NCBI GenBank assembly: GCA_007693485.1
Contig: REDM01000280.1
Coordinates: 22,489 to 86,488 of the forward strand
Length of the DNA: 64,000 nucleotides
Direction: 5' to 3'
From: Spirochaetaceae bacterium
GTDB lineage: Bacteria; Spirochaetota; Spirochaetia; DSM-27196; PWMO01
Position 1 is the first letter of the stretch. Every line of letters begins with the position of its first letter. Positions 34,383-41,522 of this stretch are shown here, in pieces. The notes beneath the pieces are model-generated. The model was given only the letters and a program-made list of their open reading frames with translations. It was not told the DNA's origin and did not search any database. A program made the position numbers and the translations under genes.

Positions 34383-34610
34383 TCAGGCGGCTCGTCCCTT
34401 TTTCCCGACAAACAGCATTCCACCACCCACAGCGATGGCACCAATCCCCGCCCACATCGGAACGTTGACCGTGTTCTTTTCTGCCACCGCGAGTTCAATC
34501 AAACCAATGTTCGCTCGACGTGTCCTGCTGGTGTAGGTAAATCCTCCGTACGCCAATCCCAGGACCCCGGCGACTATCAGAATAATCGCTAACACTCGAA
34601 TTCCGTTCAT
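34383..34610 (-). CDS. Small two-TM membrane protein (75 aa)
   Basis: Two hydrophobic helices (VLAIILIVAGVLGLAYGGF and MWAGIGAIAVGGGMLFVG), with GGAGGAAG upstream of the ATG. Confidence 0.55.
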   Translation of the reverse strand: MNGIRVLAIILIVAGVLGLAYGGFTYTSRTRRANIGLIELAVAEKNTVNVPMWAGIGAIAVGGGMLFVGKKGRAA

Positions 34611-34652
34611 GTTCTTCCTCCCGCGGATACACGCTCCGCATAGTCACAGAAT

Positions 34653-34692
34653 GTGTTCCCCTCCAGAGAGGGGAACACGAGGTTGCATTTTT
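34653..34692. terminator. 11-bp perfect hairpin GTGTTCCCCTC-CAGA-GAGGGGAACAC followed (+ strand) by GAGGTTGCATTTTT
   Basis: Lies 12 nt beyond the stop of the - strand gene 34704-35201. Shares the GTGTTCC...TGCATTTTT framework with 4193-4218 and 31597-31622. Confidence 0.55.
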
Positions 34693-34703
34693 ACATATAT
34701 CTT

Positions 34704-35201
34704 TTACAGCCAGAACAACACATGAGCGCCCAGCAGTCCGGAGCTCGTCTTAATGTTGAAACCGTTGTCGGTGATGTCGAGCGCCATGATGTACGAACCA
34801 CCCACCGAGACGGGTCCCAACCGAACGTCCGCGCCGACTCTGCTGTTCAACCCTGCCTGCTGTGCGGGGCTGCCGTCAAAGTTGTTGGTGAAATTGGGTC
34901 CCGCGCCGGCCGAAACCGTGACGATGCCCACATCGAGCGCTACACCGCCGTCAAGAAAGATATCCAGACTGTTGATGTCACCTACCGAGTAGAGCATCAG
35001 ACCCTGGACCTGGAACCAACCGAGGCGATACCGCGCGTCTGCACCAAAGCTGAACTGGTTTACATTGACTTCATCAGCGTCAACCGATTGCCCCAATAAA
35101 ACCGGAGACTTGAAAAATGCTGCCGGGCCCACAGCAAGCTGCGCAAAGGCCAGCGCCGGCAGAATCATCAGAACCGCAAGAATCACGAATACTTTTTTCA
35201 T
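34704..35201 (-). CDS. Secreted protein, probably a small outer-membrane beta-barrel
   Basis: ATG 35201 was chosen (GGAGGAG upstream). Signal peptide MKKVFVILAVLMILPALAFAQ, alternating-residue strands, and a C-terminal aromatic end (VLFWL). Confidence 0.55.
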   Translation of the reverse strand: MKKVFVILAVLMILPALAFAQLAVGPAAFFKSPVLLGQSVDADEVNVNQFSFGADARYRLGWFQVQGLMLYSVGDINSLDIFLDGGVALDVGIVTVSAGAGPNFTNNFDGSPAQQAGLNSRVGADVRLGPVSVGGSYIMALDITDNGFNIKTSSGLLGAHVLFWL

Positions 35202-35256
35202 AACCTTTTCTCCTCCATACAAGATACATGAAGGGTACGAATAGTCAGAGTTTAAC

Positions 35257-35278
35257 GTCTGTTCGCTGACGCACAGAC
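35257..35278. repeat. Palindromic hairpin repeat, copy with 1 mismatch (GTCTGTTCG-CTGA-CGCACAGAC)
   Basis: Same arms as the hairpins at 41486-41509 and 50591-50614. Intergenic. Confidence 0.6.
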
Positions 35279-35383
35279 TGCCGCTCGCAGGGATCCTGGA
35301 CGAACGGAACCGGCAATCGGGTTGCCTCCTCTGGTCGATACTTCTCGAAAAAGAATTTATCACTTCAATATTCTGAATCAAGC

Positions 35384-35412
35384 TTGACTTTTCAAAACCC
35401 AATTTTTACATT
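35384..35412 (+). promoter_or_regulatory. Sigma70-like promoter of the Crp/Fnr gene (TTGACT-17-TACATT)
   Basis: -35 at 35384-35389 and -10 at 35407-35412. SD GGAGGA lies 7 nt before ATG 35433. Confidence 0.45.
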
Positions 35413-35432
35413 TTCGAAATGGAGGATTAGGT

Positions 35433-36173
35433 ATGTCAAAACTCGATCCAAACCTGGAGTCAACGCCAAATCCGCGTGAAAACCGACTCCTCGCCGTCCT
35501 GAAAAAACCCGATTTTGAGCGATTTGCGGAACACCTGGAGCTCGTGCCCTTTGGGCTGGGCGATGTGTTGTACGAGTCGGGCGGTAAACTCGATTGGGTC
35601 TACTTTCCCACCGACTCGATCGTGTCATTGCTGTACGTCATGGAGGACGGAGCGTCCGCGGAGATTGCCGTTGTTGGAAAGGAGGGCGTGGTTGGTATTG
35701 CCCTGTTCATGGGTGGGCAGACCATGCCAAACAGAGCGGTGGTGCAGAGCGCTGGGCAGGCGTATCGCCTGAAAGGTACGATACTGAACCGGGAGTTTGA
35801 CCGCTCTGGGGCGGTTCAGCACCTCTTGCTACGGTACACCTTGGCGCTTCTGACTCAGATGGCGCAGACGGCGGTATGCAACCGCCATCACACCGTAGAC
35901 CAGCAGCTCTGCCGATGGTTGCTCCTCAGCCTCGACCGGTTGCCCACCAACGAGTTGAGCATGACCCAGGAACTGATCGCCAACATGCTTGGTGTGCGGC
36001 GCGAGGGCGTGACCGAGGCCGCCGGGAAGCTTCAGAAAGCGGGCCTTATCGACTACCATCGCGGTCGTATCACCGTGCTGGACCGTCCCGGGCTCGAGGC
36101 CCGGGTGTGCGAGTGCTACGAGGTTGTCAGAACCGAATTTCAACGGCTGCTTCCGGATACGATCGAACGCTGA
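35433..36173 (+). CDS. Crp/Fnr-family transcriptional regulator
   Basis: cNMP-binding beta-roll (VYFPTDSIVSLLYVMEDGASAEIAVVGKEG) and C-terminal HTH (MTQELIANMLGVRREGVTEAAGKLQKAGLI). Confidence 0.9.
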   Translation: MSKLDPNLESTPNPRENRLLAVLKKPDFERFAEHLELVPFGLGDVLYESGGKLDWVYFPTDSIVSLLYVMEDGASAEIAVVGKEGVVGIALFMGGQTMPNRAVVQSAGQAYRLKGTILNREFDRSGAVQHLLLRYTLALLTQMAQTAVCNRHHTVDQQLCRWLLLSLDRLPTNELSMTQELIANMLGVRREGVTEAAGKLQKAGLIDYHRGRITVLDRPGLEARVCECYEVVRTEFQRLLPDTIER

Positions 36174-36189
36174 ACCGCGCGGAACGATC

Positions 36190-37761
36190 TCAGCGAATCA
36201 TCTTCACCAGGGTACCGGTTTGTACGTGACTCTCAGGTTCGAGCTGATTGATCAGAGCGATCTGCTCGATGGGTACCGGAGGTGTCAAACCACGGTAATA
36301 GGCGGTGTAGATATCACGGAGCGACTGTGATCGCTCGACGCGAATCACGTCCATGCGCATGGGTTCCACATCAATTGCGCGGCGGTCGGTGAGAGCCGCA
36401 AAACTGCGCAACGACGCGTTGACCGTCTCACGATGAGCAGGCCAGGTGCTTGTACCCGAATAGCCGATCAGCTGATAGATCCGAGTGTCGTAGTCAATGA
36501 AGGCCACCGAACCCTCGATCGGGCCTTGTACGGTCTGGGCGATGAAGGATCCGATACCAGCGGGTAATCCGTTGATCCGTGTCCGGGCCAGGCCGGCACC
36601 TGAAACCCGATCGTTGTCGTACAGATTGCGGGCGGCGGCCTCGATCGATGACTCGCTGGAAATGGAGAGCTGGACCGATGCGTCGCGCTGGGGGCTGACC
36701 GAGATCACCGCCTGCTTCTGGTTGATCACCGTCCAGTCGTCCGGGAAGTGGAGGCTGAACCGCAGAACGGGGTGGTAGAACACGCCATCGCGGCTGTAGC
36801 CTTCGCGAGGATCGGCGCCGTAGACGATTCCATCGATTCTGCGCAAGTATTCTTCCCGACCGTCGGGCCGGAACTCACGCGGTCCCAGATCGCGGATATG
36901 TCCGCGGATGCTCTCTTGCCGGTTCTCCGGATGGGGGTGGGTGGTTTGCCATTCAGGCAGCCGTCCGCCTCCGCCTGCTTCGGAAACTCTCCGAAGGGTT
37001 TCCATCACTTCAACCAGCGCCTCCGGGTTGTAGCCCATTCTCGCCATGTACCGCACCCCGAGCTCATCGGACTCATTCTCATCGGCGCGGCTGTATGACA
37101 GGAACAGCAGTTGCATCCCTGCACCGGCTAACGGGGCGATCTTCTGCAGCTCCGGTTCGAGCATCATGGCAAGTCCCACGCCAAGCTGCGTCATCTGCAT
37201 CTTGCTCATGCGGGTGGTTGCATGACGTGCGGTGACGTGACCGATCTCGTGGCCAAGAACACCGGCGAGTTGTGCTTCGCTGTTGAAGTGCGCCAGAATT
37301 CCGCGGGTCACGTAGATGTGTCCACCGGGAAGCGCAAAGGCATTGACCGTTTCGTCGTCGATCACCCGGAAGGTCCACGGCAGATCGGGCCACTCGCTCG
37401 CGGCACCCATGGCAAGGCCGATATCGGAGACGTAGGTTTGCAGTGCCTCGTCGGGGTAGAGCCCCATGGTCTCGCTGATCTGCCCGTCGGCCTCTCGGCC
37501 CATCTGAATCTCCTGGTCCATGCTCATCAGATTGAACCGACGCTCCCCGGTGGCAGGATTGGACATGCACGCCGACAGACCCATGAGAACAAGTGCGCTC
37601 AGCGTTGCTACTGCAACACGAAAGCCTGTCCGTATCCATTGATTTTTTATTGTTCGCCTCCTTGGTTTGAACAGATCACGCCGTGGAAGATTCACGACAC
37701 CGATTGGAGAAATCCACTGAGCCTCAACCCGGCCTCTCGGTTCAAATCCTCCGGAATACAT
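36190..37761 (-). CDS. M48-family zinc metalloprotease, probable lipoprotein (start uncertain)
   Basis: HEIGHVTARH zinc motif. The longest ORF starts at ATG 37761 but overlaps the upstream gene by 70 nt. A lipoprotein signal (KNQWIRTGFRVAVATLSALVLMGLSAC) begins at in-frame ATA 37650, 6 nt after AAGGAGG. Confidence 0.82.
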   Translation of the reverse strand: MYSGGFEPRGRVEAQWISPIGVVNLPRRDLFKPRRRTIKNQWIRTGFRVAVATLSALVLMGLSACMSNPATGERRFNLMSMDQEIQMGREADGQISETMGLYPDEALQTYVSDIGLAMGAASEWPDLPWTFRVIDDETVNAFALPGGHIYVTRGILAHFNSEAQLAGVLGHEIGHVTARHATTRMSKMQMTQLGVGLAMMLEPELQKIAPLAGAGMQLLFLSYSRADENESDELGVRYMARMGYNPEALVEVMETLRRVSEAGGGGRLPEWQTTHPHPENRQESIRGHIRDLGPREFRPDGREEYLRRIDGIVYGADPREGYSRDGVFYHPVLRFSLHFPDDWTVINQKQAVISVSPQRDASVQLSISSESSIEAAARNLYDNDRVSGAGLARTRINGLPAGIGSFIAQTVQGPIEGSVAFIDYDTRIYQLIGYSGTSTWPAHRETVNASLRSFAALTDRRAIDVEPMRMDVIRVERSQSLRDIYTAYYRGLTPPVPIEQIALINQLEPESHVQTGTLVKMIR

Positions 37762-38429
37762 GGGTACCCAGATCGGCTCCGGTGCAGATCGCTCAACAGG
37801 GAGTAGTACCGGAACAGCGTGTGGGCAAGATCAGAGCGGTTGGTCTGCAGACGGTAGGAGAGCGCCTTGGCCGACTGCTCGTCCGACTCCAGGGTCTCTT
37901 CCAACGAGGCCACACTGAAACCTTCCTGACCCGCTGGTACGAACCCAGGCGACACAACGTCAGGGCTGACGGTACGTCCAGAGTCGTCGATCACAACCGT
38001 AATCAGTGCGATCTCCGCCCCGAGTGAGGCTCCCACCAGATATGCACCTTCGGGAAACCCCATGCTCAGCACAAGATGGACGAGCAGATGGTTGTCGTTG
38101 GAAGGGTGTGATGATGTATTCACCAGGCGACCGTCCACCTCGGCGACGACGTAGCCGGTACTCACCAGGTGTTGCCATGCAAGACGCACCCGGTGTGAGT
38201 TCGAGTCCGATTGCGCGCACATTGATCGGTCGGTGAACAGTACGATGAACCGACCGTTCCAGTGCTCCGGCAGTTCGACGTGATGCACCGACCCGTTGGA
38301 TACAATACCGACAGATGCAGTCGCATCGACAACCGCTCCCATGTCGGACGGTATCGGAACCAGCTCGGCGCGAGCGCAACCCGACAAGCCTAGAAGTATG
38401 GGCACACACACAACGAGTGCACCCCGCAT
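37692..38429 (-). CDS. Hypothetical lipoprotein
   Basis: MRGALVVCVPILLGLSGC lipobox from ATG 38429; ATG 38459 is an alternative start. No recognisable domain. Confidence 0.55.
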   Translation of the reverse strand: MRGALVVCVPILLGLSGCARAELVPIPSDMGAVVDATASVGIVSNGSVHHVELPEHWNGRFIVLFTDRSMCAQSDSNSHRVRLAWQHLVSTGYVVAEVDGRLVNTSSHPSNDNHLLVHLVLSMGFPEGAYLVGASLGAEIALITVVIDDSGRTVSPDVVSPGFVPAGQEGFSVASLEETLESDEQSAKALSYRLQTNRSDLAHTLFRYYSLLSDLHRSRSGYPCIPEDLNREAGLRLSGFLQSVS

Positions 38430-38491
38430 TATCGCGCGCCTATCATGTCGGATTTGCATATTCCCCGTCCCCTTACCCCATCGGGCGTCGG

Positions 38492-38662
38492 TCACGCCCG
38501 GTACGTTCGTTCGGCATACTCGCTCAGTGAGACCGGTTTCTTGTCGCATGGGTCGAACAATGCGATCAGGAACCCAACGATCAGAAGGCCAATGATGATC
38601 GCTCCAACCATGGTCAGCGCCAGCTTCAATCCCAAGAACAATTCCAACGTTGCATGTTGCAT
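38492..38662 (-). CDS. Truncated LapA-like (DUF1049-type) single-TM mini-protein, paralogue A
   Basis: 56 aa from ATG 38662 (GGAG upstream). The tail FDPCDKKPVSLSEYAERTYRA parallels FYQRDKKPVPHSEYTERTYRG of 40967-41212. DNA similarity extends past the stop. Confidence 0.5.
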   Translation of the reverse strand: MQHATLELFLGLKLALTMVGAIIIGLLIVGFLIALFDPCDKKPVSLSEYAERTYRA

Positions 38663-38738
38663 CGCGTATCTCCGGGACAGCGTGTGTGCGAACTGCCGAT
38701 TACTCCTTCTCGTTGCCTGACTACTGGAGCGTCTTGAA

Positions 38739-38778
38739 GGCGGTACGGACAAAACAGGTCGAACAGCTCCGTACCGCC
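38739..38778 (-). terminator. 11-bp perfect hairpin GGCGGTACGGA-(18 nt)-TCCGTACCGCC, 19 nt after the micro-ORF stop
   Basis: Strong GC-rich stem with no U tract. Lies at the end of the ABC transporter gene string. Confidence 0.4.
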
Positions 38779-38797
38779 GGTTCGAGTGGACCAGCGA

Positions 38798-38863
38798 TCA
38801 GACGATCGCCAGAATGACTACCACCAGGAGCACTACAACAAGAACACTGATCAACCAACCCAT
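38798..38863 (-). CDS. Candidate 21-aa hydrophobic micro-protein (MGWLISVLVVVLLVVVILAIV)
   Basis: ATG preceded by GGGAGG at 6-7 nt. Single TM-length hydrophobic stretch, followed by a strong hairpin. Absent from the ORF track because it is under 60 aa. Confidence 0.3.
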   Translation of the reverse strand: MGWLISVLVVVLLVVVILAIV

Positions 38864-38944
38864 ACCGTTCCTCCCGTTCCGTTTCCGGAAATGTTCACCC
38901 GGTATCTCCGGGATAGAGAAAAGATCGCCACAACAGGGTACGAG

Positions 38945-38963
38945 GGTCTGTGCGCTGTCGCAC
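38945..38963. repeat. Truncated copy of the palindromic hairpin repeat (GGTCTGTGCG-CTGT-CGCAC)
   Basis: The left arm is identical to 50591-50600 and the right arm is cut after 5 nt. Intergenic, 16 nt after the ABC permease stop. Confidence 0.5.
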
Positions 38964-38978
38964 CAAGGGGGGGAGGAA

Positions 38979-40160
38979 TCAGCCGCGACGAAGTACCGTC
39001 TCGCTGCGTACCACCGCCGACGCGATCGTCAGTGCAAGGGTGATATACCCAAGCGCCCACAGGGCAACGATCACGGGGGAGAACGGCACACCGGAAATAG
39101 CTCCTTTCAGCGCCAGTCCCACATTGAGTAGCGGCACGTGGGCGTACCAGGAAGGCGGGTTGGAAATCGCGATCGCTCCGTAACCGGACGCAGACGCCAG
39201 AATCAACACCGGCAAAAAGTACGCCTGTGCCGCTTTGGGGGAGCGAGCGCTGAGACTGACTGCCAGTTCGATTGCCGAAAACAGCGTGGCGGTCAGCACG
39301 AGCAGAATCGCGGTTGCGGAAACCGTTTGCCATTCTACCCAGAACTCCAGCTGAACGGCGTCATGAAGGACGGGCCCGGCCAGATAGGCAAGCCACGCGC
39401 CCACGAAGAACGAAACCACCCCAATGATCGCCATTACCGTGACCGCAATGAACTTTCCGACCACTATCGCCCCTCTTCCGGCGCACGTGCCAAACAGTGG
39501 CTCTATCGTCCCGCGCTCCTTTTCTCCCGCTCCAAGATCACCGGCTGCGGCCATCGGACCGATGGCTGCGGAGAGCAACGCCAATACCGGCACCAGCAGC
39601 GATAACGCCAGAGTTCCCGCTGCACGGGGCCCGTGGTGGAGCGGTCGGCTTTGGAGCACGATTGGCGTCAGAACATCGGTTGCAAGGCCGAGCTCGTCGA
39701 GCCTTCGCGCGGACATGGCGGTAGAGTACTGCTGGAGCGCTGTGCGAACGCCGGTGGTGAGATCAGCGGATTGAGACTCAGCGCTGTTGTAGATCAACTC
39801 GACAACCGTGCCGAGTTCATGGATCCTGAGAGCCATTCCGTACTCTCCGCTGCCTACACCGGCCTCCGCAGCCTCGGCGTGGCCAACGGAAACGAGTTCA
39901 TAGCGATCGAGCGATTCCAGGAACGGTACGATGGCCAGCTGATCTTCGCCAACGATGGCAATTGACGGGCGACCGTAGGACGCCTCGCCCCTCACAAACG
40001 CCAGCGACGCCAGAAGCGGAAACAGCACCAGGGGTACCGCAACCGAAACGAGGATCGTCCGCCAGTCGCGAAACAGCTCGGTGAGTTCCTTGGCGAGGAC
40101 CGTTCGGACCTGCGCTACGCGGTTGCGCAGCACCGCGCGACTTGGCTGCACTTCGATCAT
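38979..40160 (-). CDS. ABC-2 type transporter permease (NatB-like)
   Basis: 393 aa with one N-terminal TM, a large extracytoplasmic loop, then 5 TMs. Its ATG overlaps the ATPase stop (ATGA). Confidence 0.78.
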   Translation of the reverse strand: MIEVQPSRAVLRNRVAQVRTVLAKELTELFRDWRTILVSVAVPLVLFPLLASLAFVRGEASYGRPSIAIVGEDQLAIVPFLESLDRYELVSVGHAEAAEAGVGSGEYGMALRIHELGTVVELIYNSAESQSADLTTGVRTALQQYSTAMSARRLDELGLATDVLTPIVLQSRPLHHGPRAAGTLALSLLVPVLALLSAAIGPMAAAGDLGAGEKERGTIEPLFGTCAGRGAIVVGKFIAVTVMAIIGVVSFFVGAWLAYLAGPVLHDAVQLEFWVEWQTVSATAILLVLTATLFSAIELAVSLSARSPKAAQAYFLPVLILASASGYGAIAISNPPSWYAHVPLLNVGLALKGAISGVPFSPVIVALWALGYITLALTIASAVVRSETVLRRG

Positions 40161-40924
40161 GCCCCGCTTCCGGTCGCGCGAAGGTAAAACGCGCGCAGCT
40201 CACCTGTCGCAATGTCTACGCCGGGCCGCGTCTCGGCGACAATCGCTCCGTCCCGGACAACCACCACGCGACTGCAGACGCGCTCCAGTTCACCGGTGTT
40301 GTGGCTCGAAATCAGAACGGTACGCCCTTCGGATCGGCAGCGCAGCACAAACTCCTGCACAACAATCGCAGCGGTGATGTCGAGACCGGTTGTTGGCTCG
40401 TCGAGCATGAGAATGTGCGGTTGATGTACCATGGCGCGGGCGAGGGCTGTGCGTTGCTTCATTCCACTGGAGAAGCCGTGGACCAGACGATCCGCGAAGT
40501 CTTCCAGACCAAAGAGCGCGACCATCTGGTCGGTCTGTTGTTCGATTTCATTGACCCCGTTGAGTGAGGCGAAATAGCGGATGTTCTCGCGCGCGGTGAG
40601 TCGCTCGTAGAGTCCGACTGCGCCCCCAAAGAGAGCCCCCACCGCGGCGTGCACCGCAGTGGAATCGCGCACCGTATCAAATCCTCCCACCGTTGCGGTC
40701 CCTTCGGATGGTCGCAGAAGCCCTGAGAGAATTCGCAGCAAGGTGGTCTTACCTGCTCCGTTGCTTCCGAGCAGTCCAAGAACCTCCCCGCGTTCCACGC
40801 AGAGCGACAGACCGCAGAGAGCCGCATGCGGCATTCCGGGGAAGCGCTTGGTGACTCCGCGCACCATGACGGAAGGTGACGCTCCGATCACATGAACGGA
40901 GTCCTCAGACCGATGAGAAACCAT
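40157..40924 (-). CDS. ABC transporter ATP-binding protein (NatA-like)
   Basis: Walker A GSNGAGKTT, signature SSGMKQRTALA, Walker B ILMLDEPTTGLD. Confidence 0.92.
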   Translation of the reverse strand: MVSHRSEDSVHVIGASPSVMVRGVTKRFPGMPHAALCGLSLCVERGEVLGLLGSNGAGKTTLLRILSGLLRPSEGTATVGGFDTVRDSTAVHAAVGALFGGAVGLYERLTARENIRYFASLNGVNEIEQQTDQMVALFGLEDFADRLVHGFSSGMKQRTALARAMVHQPHILMLDEPTTGLDITAAIVVQEFVLRCRSEGRTVLISSHNTGELERVCSRVVVVRDGAIVAETRPGVDIATGELRAFYLRATGSGA

Positions 40925-40966
40925 GGATTGATGTATCCCCCGTTTCTCGCGGGCGTCGGTTGGCGG

Positions 40967-41212
40967 TCATCCGCGGTACGTGCGTTCGGTATACTCGCTG
41001 TGAGGGACCGGTTTCTTGTCGCGCTGGTAGAAAAGTGCGACAAGGAGTCCAAGGATGAATCCTCCGGCTGCGGTCAGCACCAGCAGAAGTATCGCGGGCA
41101 CTTCGGCGGAATACCAGAGAAATCGGCCCCGGACCGGGCTGGTGTTCTGTACCACCAGCAGTACCAGGACCAGACTCAGAGCCAGAATCAGTCCCAATTT
41201 GACTTTTCGCAT
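40967..41212 (-). CDS. LapA-like (DUF1049-type) two-TM membrane protein, paralogue B
   Basis: 81 aa with two TM helices and the tail YQRDKKPVPHSEYTERTYRG. Confidence 0.62.
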   Translation of the reverse strand: MRKVKLGLILALSLVLVLLVVQNTSPVRGRFLWYSAEVPAILLLVLTAAGGFILGLLVALFYQRDKKPVPHSEYTERTYRG

Positions 41213-41235
41213 CAGTCACCTCCCGGAACGTGGGT

Positions 41236-41430
41236 TTACCAGCTGCCAATCCGAAGGCGGGTGGTTGAACCAAGGATTCCAAAGGCGTTCAGTACAAACA
41301 GAATCACCACGATCACCACGACCACGTTCAGGATCTTCTTGATGTTTGCCTGCATTGGGATGTAGTTATTGATCGCCCAAAGAATCAACCCAACAACAAC
41401 CAGAATAATAATCAAGTTCATCAACGGCAT
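41236..41430 (-). CDS. Small two-TM membrane protein (64 aa)
   Basis: ATG 41430 with GAGGAGGAGG upstream. MPLMNLIIILVVVGLILWAINNYIPMQANIKKILNVVVVIVVILFVLNAFGIL resembles the Thivi_2564-type small membrane protein family (from memory, unverified). Confidence 0.6.
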   Translation of the reverse strand: MPLMNLIIILVVVGLILWAINNYIPMQANIKKILNVVVVIVVILFVLNAFGILGSTTRLRIGSW

Positions 41431-41485
41431 TGTGTCCTCCTCCTCGTTACAAGGTACGCTAAACGTACGCCCGCAGACGGTGTTC

Positions 41486-41509
41486 CGTCTGTGCGGCGCC
41501 GCACAGACG
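41486..41509. repeat. 24-nt perfect palindrome CGTCTGTGCGGCGCCGCACAGACG, 14 nt after the glucan synthase stop
   Basis: Arms GTCTGTGCG/CGCACAGAC are identical to the hairpin at 50591-50614. Overlaps a second hairpin (41474-41491). Confidence 0.75.
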
Positions 41510-41522
41510 CAGGAAAACTCGC

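Noticed and set aside
37739-37749. GGTTCAAATCC, a tRNA T-arm-like string
   Set aside because: Flanking sequence cannot form the T stem, acceptor or anticodon arms. It lies inside overlapping protein-coding ORFs.
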